From Bugula neritina (taxonomy: Eukaryota > Animalia > Bryozoa): a DNA stretch of 64,000 nt. Under the pieces are notes generated by a model, which ran no database searches, had not been told where the DNA came from, and saw nothing but the letters and a program-made list of their open reading frames with translations. Of the stretch, positions 54,015-64,000 are shown in pieces. The stretch is from positions 8,177,150-8,241,149 of the forward strand of contig OZ037772.1 in the NCBI GenBank assembly GCA_964035545.1, written 5' to 3'. Numbering within the stretch: position 1 is the stretch's first letter; the number at the start of each line of letters is the position of its first letter. The translations under genes were made by a program, and so were the position numbers.

Positions 54015-57000
54015 ATGGGAAAGCTGATGGGAAAGCTAAGTGGTAAACAGGGCTCTGATTCCAAAAATGATGATGAAGAGAAACAGACAAGCACTTGTGA
54101 GTTGAGGATAACTACCATCTGTCTTGAGGCAGTGTTATATTGTTTTTTGAATTTTCCAAAGTTAATGGCACTGATTTTCCTGACCTATATGAATACGCAT
54201 TCTTACATGTCACATTACAGCTAAAACTGAAGATGCTGTAAAAGTGTCCTCAGATATTCCAATCTGTACAGTTCTCACAAATAGAATAGAAGTTCTCCTT
54301 AAGCAGACCATAGCTGTGAACACAGTTAGAGAGTCTGGATACAGTGTGACAGAACTGGTGGAGACCATCCAGAGACTGGCACAGAAGCTAGATGGAGGGA
54401 AAGCTTTGAAGAAAATTAGAGCTTTGATGAAAATTATAACAAACCTTCATGCTGGACAGCGTGCTGTCCAATATGAAGCTATCAAATGGGAAGAAGAAAG
54501 TCAAACATTCCTTCATCTTCCTCAGACAGGAAGAATCATCATAGAAAATATTAGAGAAGACGAATTGGAGACATTTTTGTCTGCCATTAGTCTGCTTCTT
54601 GACGATGTAATCGTGGCTTTCCCAACTCTAGATGTCTTTGAAGTCACTGAACAAGCTCGTGAAAAGTTGGTTTCTCCAATCAAAGCTGACAAACTGAAGG
54701 GAATTGAGGGGCTCGTTTCCGGTTTATTGCTGAACGTCATGCAGAATAGAGAGTTCCTGTTTCAAGACTTAGTCTCAGAAGTTACACGTTTTTTACCAGA
54801 GACAGTTGTCGAAAGTCTTAACCAGATCTACAAAATGAAAGAAGACGTACTAAATAGAGATGGTCACAGGTTTACAGATCCACAACAACTGAATGAATTT
54901 ACTGACAGATACACAGCTTGTGTCAAGTTCTTCGTTGACGATTTTTACTGTTTCCCTCTTCGACCAAACCAAGAGGTCAGTTGGTTAGCTTTTCTCATTA
55001 GTTAGGATTCGAAATTGACCGCATTATATTCATGTCATACTCTTTGCCCATCATCTTTCTAACGGTTATTTTTGGCATGTTTCAGACCAAGAAGATGCTT
55101 TTGGAGCTGAAACCTACTGCAGAAGAGTTGAGATGCACGTTGAATGTTTACGATGTGTAAGCTTAATTGCATAGATTGTGTTGGTATCTTCATTACTCAC
55201 TTCATTCTTTTTGATACGTCTAAAACTCTTAGCGATATCTCTGCTAACAACACTCTTTCAGTTAATAAGTGCAAAGCCAAATATCAAATGTTGTCAGTTT
55301 TTGACCTGCAATAAAAAAAGTTTTTTTCAAGTGATTTGATTTTGTAATTTTCTTTTGTTTGAGTTTATCACGAGTTAGGCCTTTTGGGTGTTGGAATTTG
55401 TTTTTATAGTGTGGTGTCTCATTGATGAATTTCAGGTTAATTAAAGGCTATAAAGAAAAAGGTGCCTTTACACCGAAAGAAGTAAATTTTCTTGCGAGGT
55501 AAACAACTATAAAAGCTTTGCAGTTCTAATACTTTTAAAGTAGATTTTCTCATATAAGTCTCACAATTGACAGGTTTTACTATTTGTCGTAAACTCGAGG
55601 CTAAACTTGTTTTTAGGAAAGCAATATTCAAGGTGTCGAAAAGTTCATTTTACTCCAATTCACTTATGATATTTTTAAGCATTCTGTAGTAACTCTTTGA
55701 GTTTAAATTTTAGAATTTAATTTACCCAAAACACTGAAACTCAATAGGTATCAGTACACAGTGCTAAATTTGTAGAGCATTCACTTTTCTTCTTTAACAT
55801 GCTAAACAGTGTCAGCTGTTTCTTCATTAGAAGCCACGACCTCAAAACCTCAGTTTTTCTTGGAAAATAAAACAGTATTTTCTCATCTGAGTCAACTAAA
55901 AAACAATTCTTTTTACAGTGAACAGCACAGTCTATGGTCGGCTGCCAACTCTCACCTTGAAAATCTGTTGAAGTTCTCCCGAGAAGATGAGATTGACAAA
56001 GAGGTTGGAGAACAGACAACTGAGGAAGGTATTACTGGTCAAGGTAAGTTAACATGGGATGTCAAGTGAGAACTCTTTGTAAGCAGACCGTTATAGCTGT
56101 TAAACTGTGAAACTGAATGGTGACACGACGTTTCGAACGTGTCAATTGAAAAATGAACGCTTGGAAAACAGACAAATCGACAATAGACTGCAGTTCAAAA
56201 GTTGAAATTTTGCAAATAAACAATTGTAAAATGAACATTTAAAAAATGAAAAAATATTTAACATAGTCTAGTCCAAAAAAAGCTGTTCAAAATTCGGCCC
56301 AATCCAAAATAGCTTATTGGCAACCGAGGAAAGTGTTACTGTTCAAAATAAGTCGACATGTGATGTCAAGTGAGAACAGAAACTTTTTGGAAGCAGATCC
56401 ATAATAGCTGTTAAGCTGGGGTAACATGAAGTGGTCTTTTTATGTGAAGCTGTATATAGTGATATGATATTTCGCAAAATGTCAACTGGAAAATGAACAA
56501 TTGAAAAACTGACAGAATACCAATAAAAATAGATGACTTTAGGTAAAAGTGGGACTGATAAAAACGGCACAGGTAAAAACGGCCTGGGTAAAAATGGCAC
56601 AGGTAATAATGGCACCAGTAATAAGTGCACAAATGGAAAAGTAGGAAAAAATGGCACACTGATGGTGAATTTTTCTAAAACCCAAACCCAAACGTCCAAC
56701 CCTTAAACCCCAACACCAAACCAAACCCTCATCCCTATAATCGAACCCCTAATTTCAAACACCCAACTCCATCCCAAACCCTAATATTGAAAATGTGCCA
56801 TTTCTACCTACTTTGCCATTTGTGCCATTACGACCAGTGCCATTATTACCTGTGCTATTTTTACCGATGCCATTTTTACCGGACACCCCAATAAACAACT
56901 CGAAAATAGAAATTTTACAAATAAACAGTTCCAAAATAAACATTCATGAAATTAAAATTTAGAAAAAAAAGAATCAATGATTACAATGGCCTAGGCTGGT

Positions 57001-59423
57001 AAAGGCTGTTCAAATCTCATTGGGTCCAAAATGGTCAATTGTCAACGTGGTAAATTTTGAATTAATAAACTATTTGGTAACTAACAACACTTCCGTGGTA
57101 GGCAATTTAAAAATGACAATTGGAACACACCTATTTGGAAAAACTGACAATTGGCAAATAGAGAATTGGAAAATAGACGATTAGATAATAGACATTTGGA
57201 AAAATGACATTTGGAAAATGGCACGGCCTACTCAGCCAGGTCAAGAATAGCTTAATGAAGACTTAGGCAGTTTTAGATTAGAACTATTTGGTCGCTAACA
57301 CTAGATCCGTGATAGCCTGATTTTTACAGCGTTAATATTTATTGGTAAAAATTTTAAATTATGTAAAATTATTTAATTTATTAGTTACTAGTTATTTGGT
57401 ACTAGTTAATATGTACGTCCAATATATATTCTTCATTAACTCTAAATTATTTTCTCTCTTCCTTTCGAGTTTTAACTCATACTTATATCATACTCCATCT
57501 TGTTTCCAAAATGAAATACCTATCCTTTTTAATAAATGCAGTCATCCAATGAACGATTTTACTGGCTCATATGATTTATGAATACACATTCTTGCGTGTC
57601 AAATTACAGCTAAAGCTGAAGATGCTGTAAAGGTGTCTTCAGATATTCCAATCTGTACAGTTCTCACAAGTAGAATAGAAGCTCTCCTCAAACAGACCAT
57701 AGCTGTGAACACAGTGAAAGAGTCTGGATACAGTGTGACAGAACTGGTAGAGACAACCCAGAGACTGGCACAAAAGCTAGATGGAGGGAAAGTTCTGAAA
57801 AAAATTAGAACCTTAGGCAAAATCCTAACAACCCTGCATACTGAACAGCATGCTGTCCAAGACCAAGCTATTGAATGGGAAGAAGAAAGTCAAACATTCC
57901 TTCATCTTCCACAGACAGGAAGAATCATCTTAGAAAATATTGGAGAGAACAAAGTGGAAACATTGTCATCTGCCGTTAGTCTTTGCCTCGACGATGTGAT
58001 CGTGGCTTTCCCAACTCTAGGCGTTTTTGAAGTCATTGAACAAGCTCGTGACAAGTTAGTTTCTCCAATCAAAGCTGACAGACTGAAGGGAGTTGAGGGA
58101 CTTGTTTCCGGTTTAGTGCTGAACATCATACAGGATAGAGAGTTCCTGTTCCAAGACTTAGTCTCAGAAGTTACCTGTTTTTCACCAGAGACAGTTGTTA
58201 AAAATCTCAACCAGATCTACGGAATGAAAGAAAACTTGCTGAACAGAGATGGTCACAGGTTTACAAATTCACAACAACTGAATGAATTTACTGACAGATA
58301 CACAGCTTGTGTCAAGTTCTTTGTTGACGATTTTGACTGTTTCCCTCTTCAACCAAAGCAAGAGGTCAGTTGGTTAGCTCATCCCATCAGTTAGGATTCG
58401 AAATTGACCGCATTATATTCATGTCATACTTTTTGCCCATCGTCTTTCTAAGGTTATTTTTGGCATGTTTCAGACCAGGAAAATGCTTTTGGAGCTGAAA
58501 CCCACTGCAGAAGAGTTGAGATGCACGCTGAATGTTTACGACGTGTAAGTTTAATTTTGTAGATTGTGTTGGTATCTTCATTGTTTACTTTAAGCTTTTG
58601 TAGTCTAAAACCTTTATCAAAATTTTCCCTAATAACACTTTTTCAAATAATAAGTTTCAAATCAAATATCAAATGTTGTCGCAATTGTTAACCTGCAATG
58701 AACAGAGTTACATGTTTCAAGTGATTTGATTTTGTCGCATATGTTTGCTTGAGTTTATCACAAGTTATGCCTTTTTGGTGTTGATGTTTGTTTGTATAGT
58801 GTGGTGTCCCATTTATGAATTTCAGGTTAATTAAAGACTATAAAGAAAGAGGTGCCTTTAAACCAAAAGAAGTGAATTCTCTTGCAAGGTAGACAACTAT
58901 ATAAGCTTTGCAGTTCCAATACTTCTCAAGTAGATTTCTTCATATAAGTACCGCAGGTGACATATTTTTCTGTTTGCTGCAAACTCAAGGCTAAATTTAT
59001 AAGAAAGCTATGTGTAAGGTGTTGTAAAATTTATTTTGCTCAAATCCACTTATGACAATTCTAGGCATTTTTAGTAGTTTTTTGTGTTTAAATTTTATAA
59101 CTTGCAATTCACATCAAACACTAAAACTCAGTAGGTTTTACCACACAGTGCTACATATGCAGAGCACGTACCTTGCTTCTTGAGCATGCTCAAAGGTGTT
59201 CTGTTTCTTCATCGGAAACCACAACCTTAAAAGCTTATCAGTTTTTGCGAAATTGAAAAGTATTTATTTAAATTAAATAAAATAACACTTTTTTACAGTG
59301 AACAGCACAATCTTTGGTCTACTGCCAACTCCCATCTTGCAAATCTGTTGAAGTTCTCCCGAGAAGATGAGAGTGACAAAGAGGTTGGAGAACAGACAAC
59401 TGAGGAAGGTGTTACTGGTCAAG
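54015..59423 (+). CDS. Unknown protein made of tandem ~317-aa alpha-helical repeats with an N-terminal MG (possible myristoylation) leader; likely continues beyond the Gypsy insertion
   Basis: Exons 54015-54096, 54221-54975, 55086-55156, 55919-56043, 57610-58364, 58474-58544, 59299-59423 join in frame, with intron phases 1,0,2,1,0,2,1. Genomic period is ~3.39 kb and includes homologous introns. Confidence 0.72.
56541..56887. mobile_element. GGTAAAAATGGCAC foldback-type element
   Basis: Inverted arrays around an AACCC core, ending TTTTTACCGGACAC like the 52317 copy. Confidence 0.72.
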
Positions 59424-59711
59424 GTAGGTTGACATGTGATGTCAAGTGAGAACTCTTTGTAAGCAGACCGTTATAGCTGTTGAGCTGGGGTAACTCGAAG
59501 AAAATTTTTTTTATGTTAAACTGTACGATATTTTGAAAAATGTCAATTGGAAAATGAACACTTGAAAAGCCGACAGATCACCAATAGAAATGGACAAGTT
59601 TAGGTAAAATTGACACTGGTGAAAGTGGCACAAGTAAAAATGACACCAGTAATAAGTGCACAACTAGTAATAAGTGCACAAATAGAAAAGTAGGAAAAAA
59701 AATGGCGCACT

Positions 59712-60273
59712 TGTGATAGATTCTCATCCTCTACTCAAGTAACTGCGTGTGTCAGTATTATAATTACTGTTGCGTATATTTTGAATGCTGTAATTGTAGC
59801 TAAGTTGCACTAGCTTTCTAATGCCTTATTATTGTGATTAAGCTTTCAGTATAATGTAATTTTCATTAAATACGCATTTCCAGAGTTATTTTCCCTTTTT
59901 GCTATTTCATCGTTTTGCATTAATACTGATACTGGAAATTTGTGTAGCTTTTATGAATGCCTTCAATAGGTTGTTATTATAGCTAAATTCTTGGCCTATT
60001 GAATTATTCATTCTCCTTTGTCTATTTTTCTTTTGTTACTGCCAAGCTTAACTTTCTTTTGTCTGTTGGAACATTCTAGATGTGAATTCTTGTGTATAAA
60101 AGCAGGCGAGTTTCCAGTGTAGATTCAGACTACTACTGGAGCTCGCTGGTAGTAGGACCACATAAGCTGTATTTAATGCTAATAAAGTTATCTTCATTCG
60201 TATTCAGATACTTGGCTTATTCTCTCTAGAGCATGTAGGCACTAGTTGCATTCAAAACCCACAGTTTACTACA
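59712..60273 (+). repeat. 5' LTR (~562 bp)
   Basis: Begins TGTGATAG where the host repeat breaks off and ends ...ACTACA before the PBS. Contains TATAAAA (~60095) and AATAAA (60181). The 3' LTR is not in the window. Confidence 0.78.
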
Positions 60274-60274
60274 T

Positions 60275-60293
60275 TGGTGGCAGCGGTGGGATT
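60275..60293 (+). other. Primer-binding site complementary to the 3' end of tRNA-Leu
   Basis: TGGTGGCAGCGGTGGGATT is the reverse complement of ...AATCCCACCGCTGCCA-CCA, the 3' end of metazoan tRNA-Leu(AAG) as recalled. Confidence 0.82.
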
Positions 60294-60323
60294 TTCGAAT
60301 AACTAGTTGCCGAGCGGCACGCA

Positions 60324-61229
60324 ATGGCCTCAGGGGACTCAGCCCCTGAGGCAGCAACACCACCAGCCCTCACTGTTGAGGCGCTGGTCACAGTCCTTCA
60401 GGGATTGCGAGGGCAAGGACAGGCATCACCTGGTGACAGGTATCGCCTCCAGCCCCCGAATTTCGGAGGAGAAGGAGACGTAGAGCAATTTATCAGGGAG
60501 TTCCAGGATGTGGCCACCATCGCTGAATGGCCAGTACGGGTGCGCATCCTCCAACTCCGGGCCTGTCTGACAGGCCGGGCCAAGAGCTTCGCTCTTGGGC
60601 CTGATGAAGAGCACATCATGCGGGCTCTCAGAGCCCGGTTCGGCCTAACAGCCGAAGAAGCAGCTGATCGTTTGCAGATAATGAAGAGAGACCTGAAGAC
60701 TCCTCTGGAAGATCACGCTAACGAGGTAGAGCGCCTGGCTCAGGCTGCTTTCGGTCAAGCCACTGGCGACGACCGGAAGCGCCTCGTTTATAACGCGTTC
60801 TTCTGGAGCGTGAATCACCCGGACCTGCAGCGATACTGGCTGGCCGCCAAGGTCAACAGTATAGAGGAAGCGCTGGAAATGGGGAAGGCTTACTTCCAGG
60901 TGGAAGAGCCTAGGCGACCGAGCTATACAGCCCGCCAAGTGGTCGAGGAGCATGAGGAGACCACCCCACTTCCAACTCCACAGGTAGCAGCAGCTGCAAC
61001 TAAATCACCCGAGCAGACGCAGCTCACCATGTTACTGGACATGATGAAAGGCCTGCAGGCTACGGTGACGAAGTTGCAGAACGAACAGGCGGATAGGCGG
61101 GCTCCCCGTTCACGGGACAACCCTGTCCGCCCATCTCTGCTAACCTGTTGGGGGTGCGGGGCGCAAGGGCACGTGAGGAGGCACTGCCCTAGAGGCCAAG
61201 GGCCTTTAAACACCCAAGGCTCACGGTAA
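60324..61229 (+). CDS. gag: Gag (301 aa)
   Basis: PPNFGGEGDVEQFIREF capsid-like motif and the zinc knuckle CWGCGAQGHVRRHC. Confidence 0.9.
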   Translation: MASGDSAPEAATPPALTVEALVTVLQGLRGQGQASPGDRYRLQPPNFGGEGDVEQFIREFQDVATIAEWPVRVRILQLRACLTGRAKSFALGPDEEHIMRALRARFGLTAEEAADRLQIMKRDLKTPLEDHANEVERLAQAAFGQATGDDRKRLVYNAFFWSVNHPDLQRYWLAAKVNSIEEALEMGKAYFQVEEPRRPSYTARQVVEEHEETTPLPTPQVAAAATKSPEQTQLTMLLDMMKGLQATVTKLQNEQADRRAPRSRDNPVRPSLLTCWGCGAQGHVRRHCPRGQGPLNTQGSR

Positions 61230-61249
61230 CTTCCGCCAACCGTGGGCCT
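61205..61249 (+). promoter_or_regulatory. -1 programmed ribosomal frameshift signal (T TTA AAC + stem-loop)
   Basis: The heptamer is correctly phased in gag. After a 5-nt spacer comes an 11-bp stem AGGCTCACGGT/ACCGTGGGCCT. The -1 frame is open into the protease. Confidence 0.8.
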
Positions 61250-64000
61250 CACGCCAATCCCATCCGGGATAGGACTCGAAGAGGAGAAGAAGAGACCTCC
61301 ACAGGGTCTGCCGATACCGAGTGGCAGAGGCCACGGAGACCTCGGAGACCGCAAGGTCTACCCGATCCTCTGGCCGTGTCACTCGAGACCCGGATGCAGC
61401 TAGAAGAAGCAGGATGGCAGGCACCTCGGAGATCTCGGAGACCGCAAGGTCTACCCGATCCTCCGGCCTGGCCACTCCAGAACCGGTTCGCGGGGTTGCC
61501 CGAGGAGGTTGTGGAGGAGGATTCAGCTTACTCGCAAGAGTACCCCAAGCTACCCTCCCGACCTCAGAAAACCCCCGTTGTCTCTAAGACGAAGAGGAGG
61601 CCCGCTGTGCGGACCCAAGTTGTGTCTCCCCCAGAGACTGACCGCTCCAGGAGCACCCAGCCGTATGGAAGCAGCTACTTCCTGCCCGGAAAGATTTCGG
61701 GTAAAGCTGCCACATTCCTACTGGATACTGGGTGCACTACCAACCTGCTGAGTAGGCATCTCTTTGACACTCTTGGTGCACGAGAGCGGGCGAGCCTCGA
61801 GCCGTATGAAGGTGCGCATGGTACGTTGGCGGACGGATCATGCATTCCTTTCTACGGCGTCATTTCACTACCTGGACGCGTCCGTGATCAAGCAATTCAC
61901 GAGACGTTCATAGTCAGCCAGCTGAAGGAGGACGCCATCCTGGGAATGCCGTTTCTGGAGAAACACCAGTGTCACATGGATTTCCAGAAGTCAGTGGTGG
62001 TGATGGCTGGGAAGGAGCTTGTCTGCATCGAACAAGTTCGGAAGGCCCTTGGTGGGCGGAGTCCAGGTAGTGCGGGACTGCACGGTTCCGGGGAGATCCC
62101 AGGCGACTCTTCGCTGCAGAGTCAACTGCAAGGGGATCGCCGGCCTGGGGGTGGTTGAGGGAACGCACGGAGCGATCCGACTAGCAAACAGCCTGAATCG
62201 GCTAGATTGTCGGCAGGAGCTCCTCGTGCAGTGCATCAACCCCTTCACGGAACCTGTCCGATTATCAACTGGAGCGCTGGTGGGGAAGTACCACTCCATC
62301 CAGGAAGCGGATGTGGGTCCGGCACTGGAGACAGTGGCCGACACCCAGGGGAACCCCCCTCACACCAGACGAGGAGCAGTCCCAGAGCATATGGCTGACC
62401 TATATGATGGAGCGTGTGGAAACTGTACAAGTAGTACTGAACGCCAAGTACTGGCTCAACTACTTGCAGAGTACAGTGATGTCTTCAGTCGTGGCGATGG
62501 AGACATGGGGCTGACCAAGGTCATCTCCCACAAGATACCCCTGGCAGCCGGCACCACTCCCATCAGGCAGCCTACCCGGCGTCTAGGCCCGGAGAAGGAG
62601 AAGGAGGTGAGCCGACAGGTACAGGATCTTCTCGACCGGGATCTGATTGAGCCTGCCCACGGTGCGTGGAGCTCTCCAGTAGTCCTGGTCAAGAAGAAGG
62701 ATGGTAGCTGGAGATTCTGCGTGGACTACCGCAGACTCAACAGTGTTACCATCCAGGACGCCTACCCTCTCCCACGGATAGATGAGTTTCTAGATGCCCT
62801 CGCGGGTAGCAAGTACTTCAGTACTTTGGATCTGCTTAGCGGGTACTGGCAAGTACCCCTCAGTCCTGATGCCCAGGATAAAGCAGCATTCATCACCCGC
62901 GACGGGCTCTGGAAGTAGAAAGTACTGCCATTTGGATTAACGTCCGCTCCGGCAACTTTCCAACGGCTCATGGAGCAGGTCCTCAGTGGGTTACACTGGA
63001 AGACCCTCCTCATCTATCTGGACGACGTCATTGTCATCTCCCCAGACTTCTCGACCCATGTCAGTCGTCTGCGGGAGGTCTTTGACCGTCTCCGGGCAGC
63101 TGGACTGAAGCTAAAGCCCTCCAAGTGTGCACTCCTGCAGCCGGAAGTCACGTACCTTGGCCATGTGGTTGGCCGTGACGGGGTCGCTACCGACCCGGAG
63201 AAGGTACAAGCTGTGAAGGAGTGGACCGTCCCCCGTGACCTCCCTGAGTTGCGTGCGTTCCTGGGCCTAGTAGGGTACTACCGGCAGTACATACCTGGCT
63301 TCGCAGGAGTGGCTCAGCCGTTAAATCGGCTGACCGCAAAGGGGGTCCGGTGGCAGTGGACACAGGAGGAGCAGCAGGCATTTGACCACCTCAAGCAGCG
63401 GCTAATGGAGGCGCCAATTCTGGCGTATCCTGACCCAGCCCAAGAGTACATCCTGGACACTGACGCCAGCGACCACAGCGTGGGAGCTGTCCTGTCTCAA
63501 GTTCAGGGTGGAAGTGAGGTGGTCGTAGCTTACTACAGCAAGACTCTCGCGGCCGCCGAGAAGAACTACTGCACCACTAGGAAGGAACTCCTAGCAGTAG
63601 TCAAGGCGGTCTGTATGGGAGAACGTTCCGTTTGCGAACAGACCATGCATCACTGATATGGCTGTGTAAACGTGCAGAGCCCTTGAGCCAGGTGGCTCGT
63701 TGGCTAGAGATTCTTGCCGAGTTCTCTTACCGGATAGAACACCGTGCTGGCCGGAAGCACGGGAACGCTGACGGCATGAGCCGCCGGCCGGTAGGAGACT
63801 GTAAGCAGTGCCTGCACATTGAGAAGCGGGACGGGGGACCCGCTCGCCTTGACGTGGAAACAGAGTTAGGGGAGGGCGCCGTCTATCGGTGGGAGCACGG
63901 CCATCTTCGGACCGAAACCCACTCAGACGACGTCCAGGCGCTCCACGCCAACCCCACTCTGTACCAGAATGTCAAGGAGCTGTGCCGACTCCAGGAGACG
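61205..64000 (+). pseudogene. pol: Gypsy pol (protease-RT-RNase H), disrupted
   Basis: FLLDTGC protease; WSSPVVLV, RFCVDYR, YLDD RT; LDTDAS...KELLAV...TDH RNase H. Lesions: +1 frameshift near 62030, in-frame TAG at 62916-62918, and a frameshifting deletion near 63610. Confidence 0.9.

Larger units (their letters stand above)
59712..64000 (+). mobile_element. Ty3/Gypsy LTR retrotransposon, decayed and truncated by the window end
   Basis: 5' LTR TG...CA, PBS, gag with CCHC, then PR-RT-RH order. Inserted into the foldback element at 59602-59711. Confidence 0.95.

Noticed and set aside
54244-58394. Two independent intronless 253-aa genes
   Set aside because: Both track starts are GTG, and both ORFs are bounded by acceptor and donor sites and joined by phase-compatible small exons.
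62916-62918. Programmed stop-codon readthrough in pol
   Set aside because: The TAG sits within conserved RT sequence (GLWK-x-KVLPFGL), where an aromatic residue is expected; with two other lesions it is best read as a TGG>TAG mutation.

Overview
AT-rich, intron-containing animal genomic DNA. It looks invertebrate, possibly lophotrochozoan, but the organism cannot be fixed from the sequence. By hand-splicing GT-AG exons I find: (1) the 3' part of a 16-exon + strand type-I membrane protein with Cys-rich ectodomain modules, one TM helix and a long E/R/K-rich cytoplasmic tail (410-10021); (2) MAP2K7/MKK7 on the - strand (15894-11368); (3) an apparently intact CR1/L2-type LINE with PHD-ORF1 and APE-RT ORF2 (~17212-21370, -); (4) folylpolyglutamate synthase on the + strand (24447-44241), with a 3.2-kb TA-flanked TIR element in one intron and two nested antisense, tail-anchored, low-complexity paralogues in another; (5) a small 4-exon single-pass membrane protein (47093-49838); (6) a gene of unknown function built from tandem ~3.39-kb three-exon units encoding ~317-aa helical repeats (54015 onward); (7) a decayed Ty3/Gypsy LTR element with a tRNA-Leu PBS and a U-UUA-AAC frameshift signal, running off the window end. 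There are also many MITEs, tRNA-SINEs and minisatellites. The most striking pattern is that tandem arrays repeatedly originate at, and copy, splice junctions in four unrelated genes, giving arrays of up to ~35-38 donor sites or repeated acceptors. One MKK7 intron is made entirely of GT...AG units. All gene models are manual and unverified by transcripts or searches.
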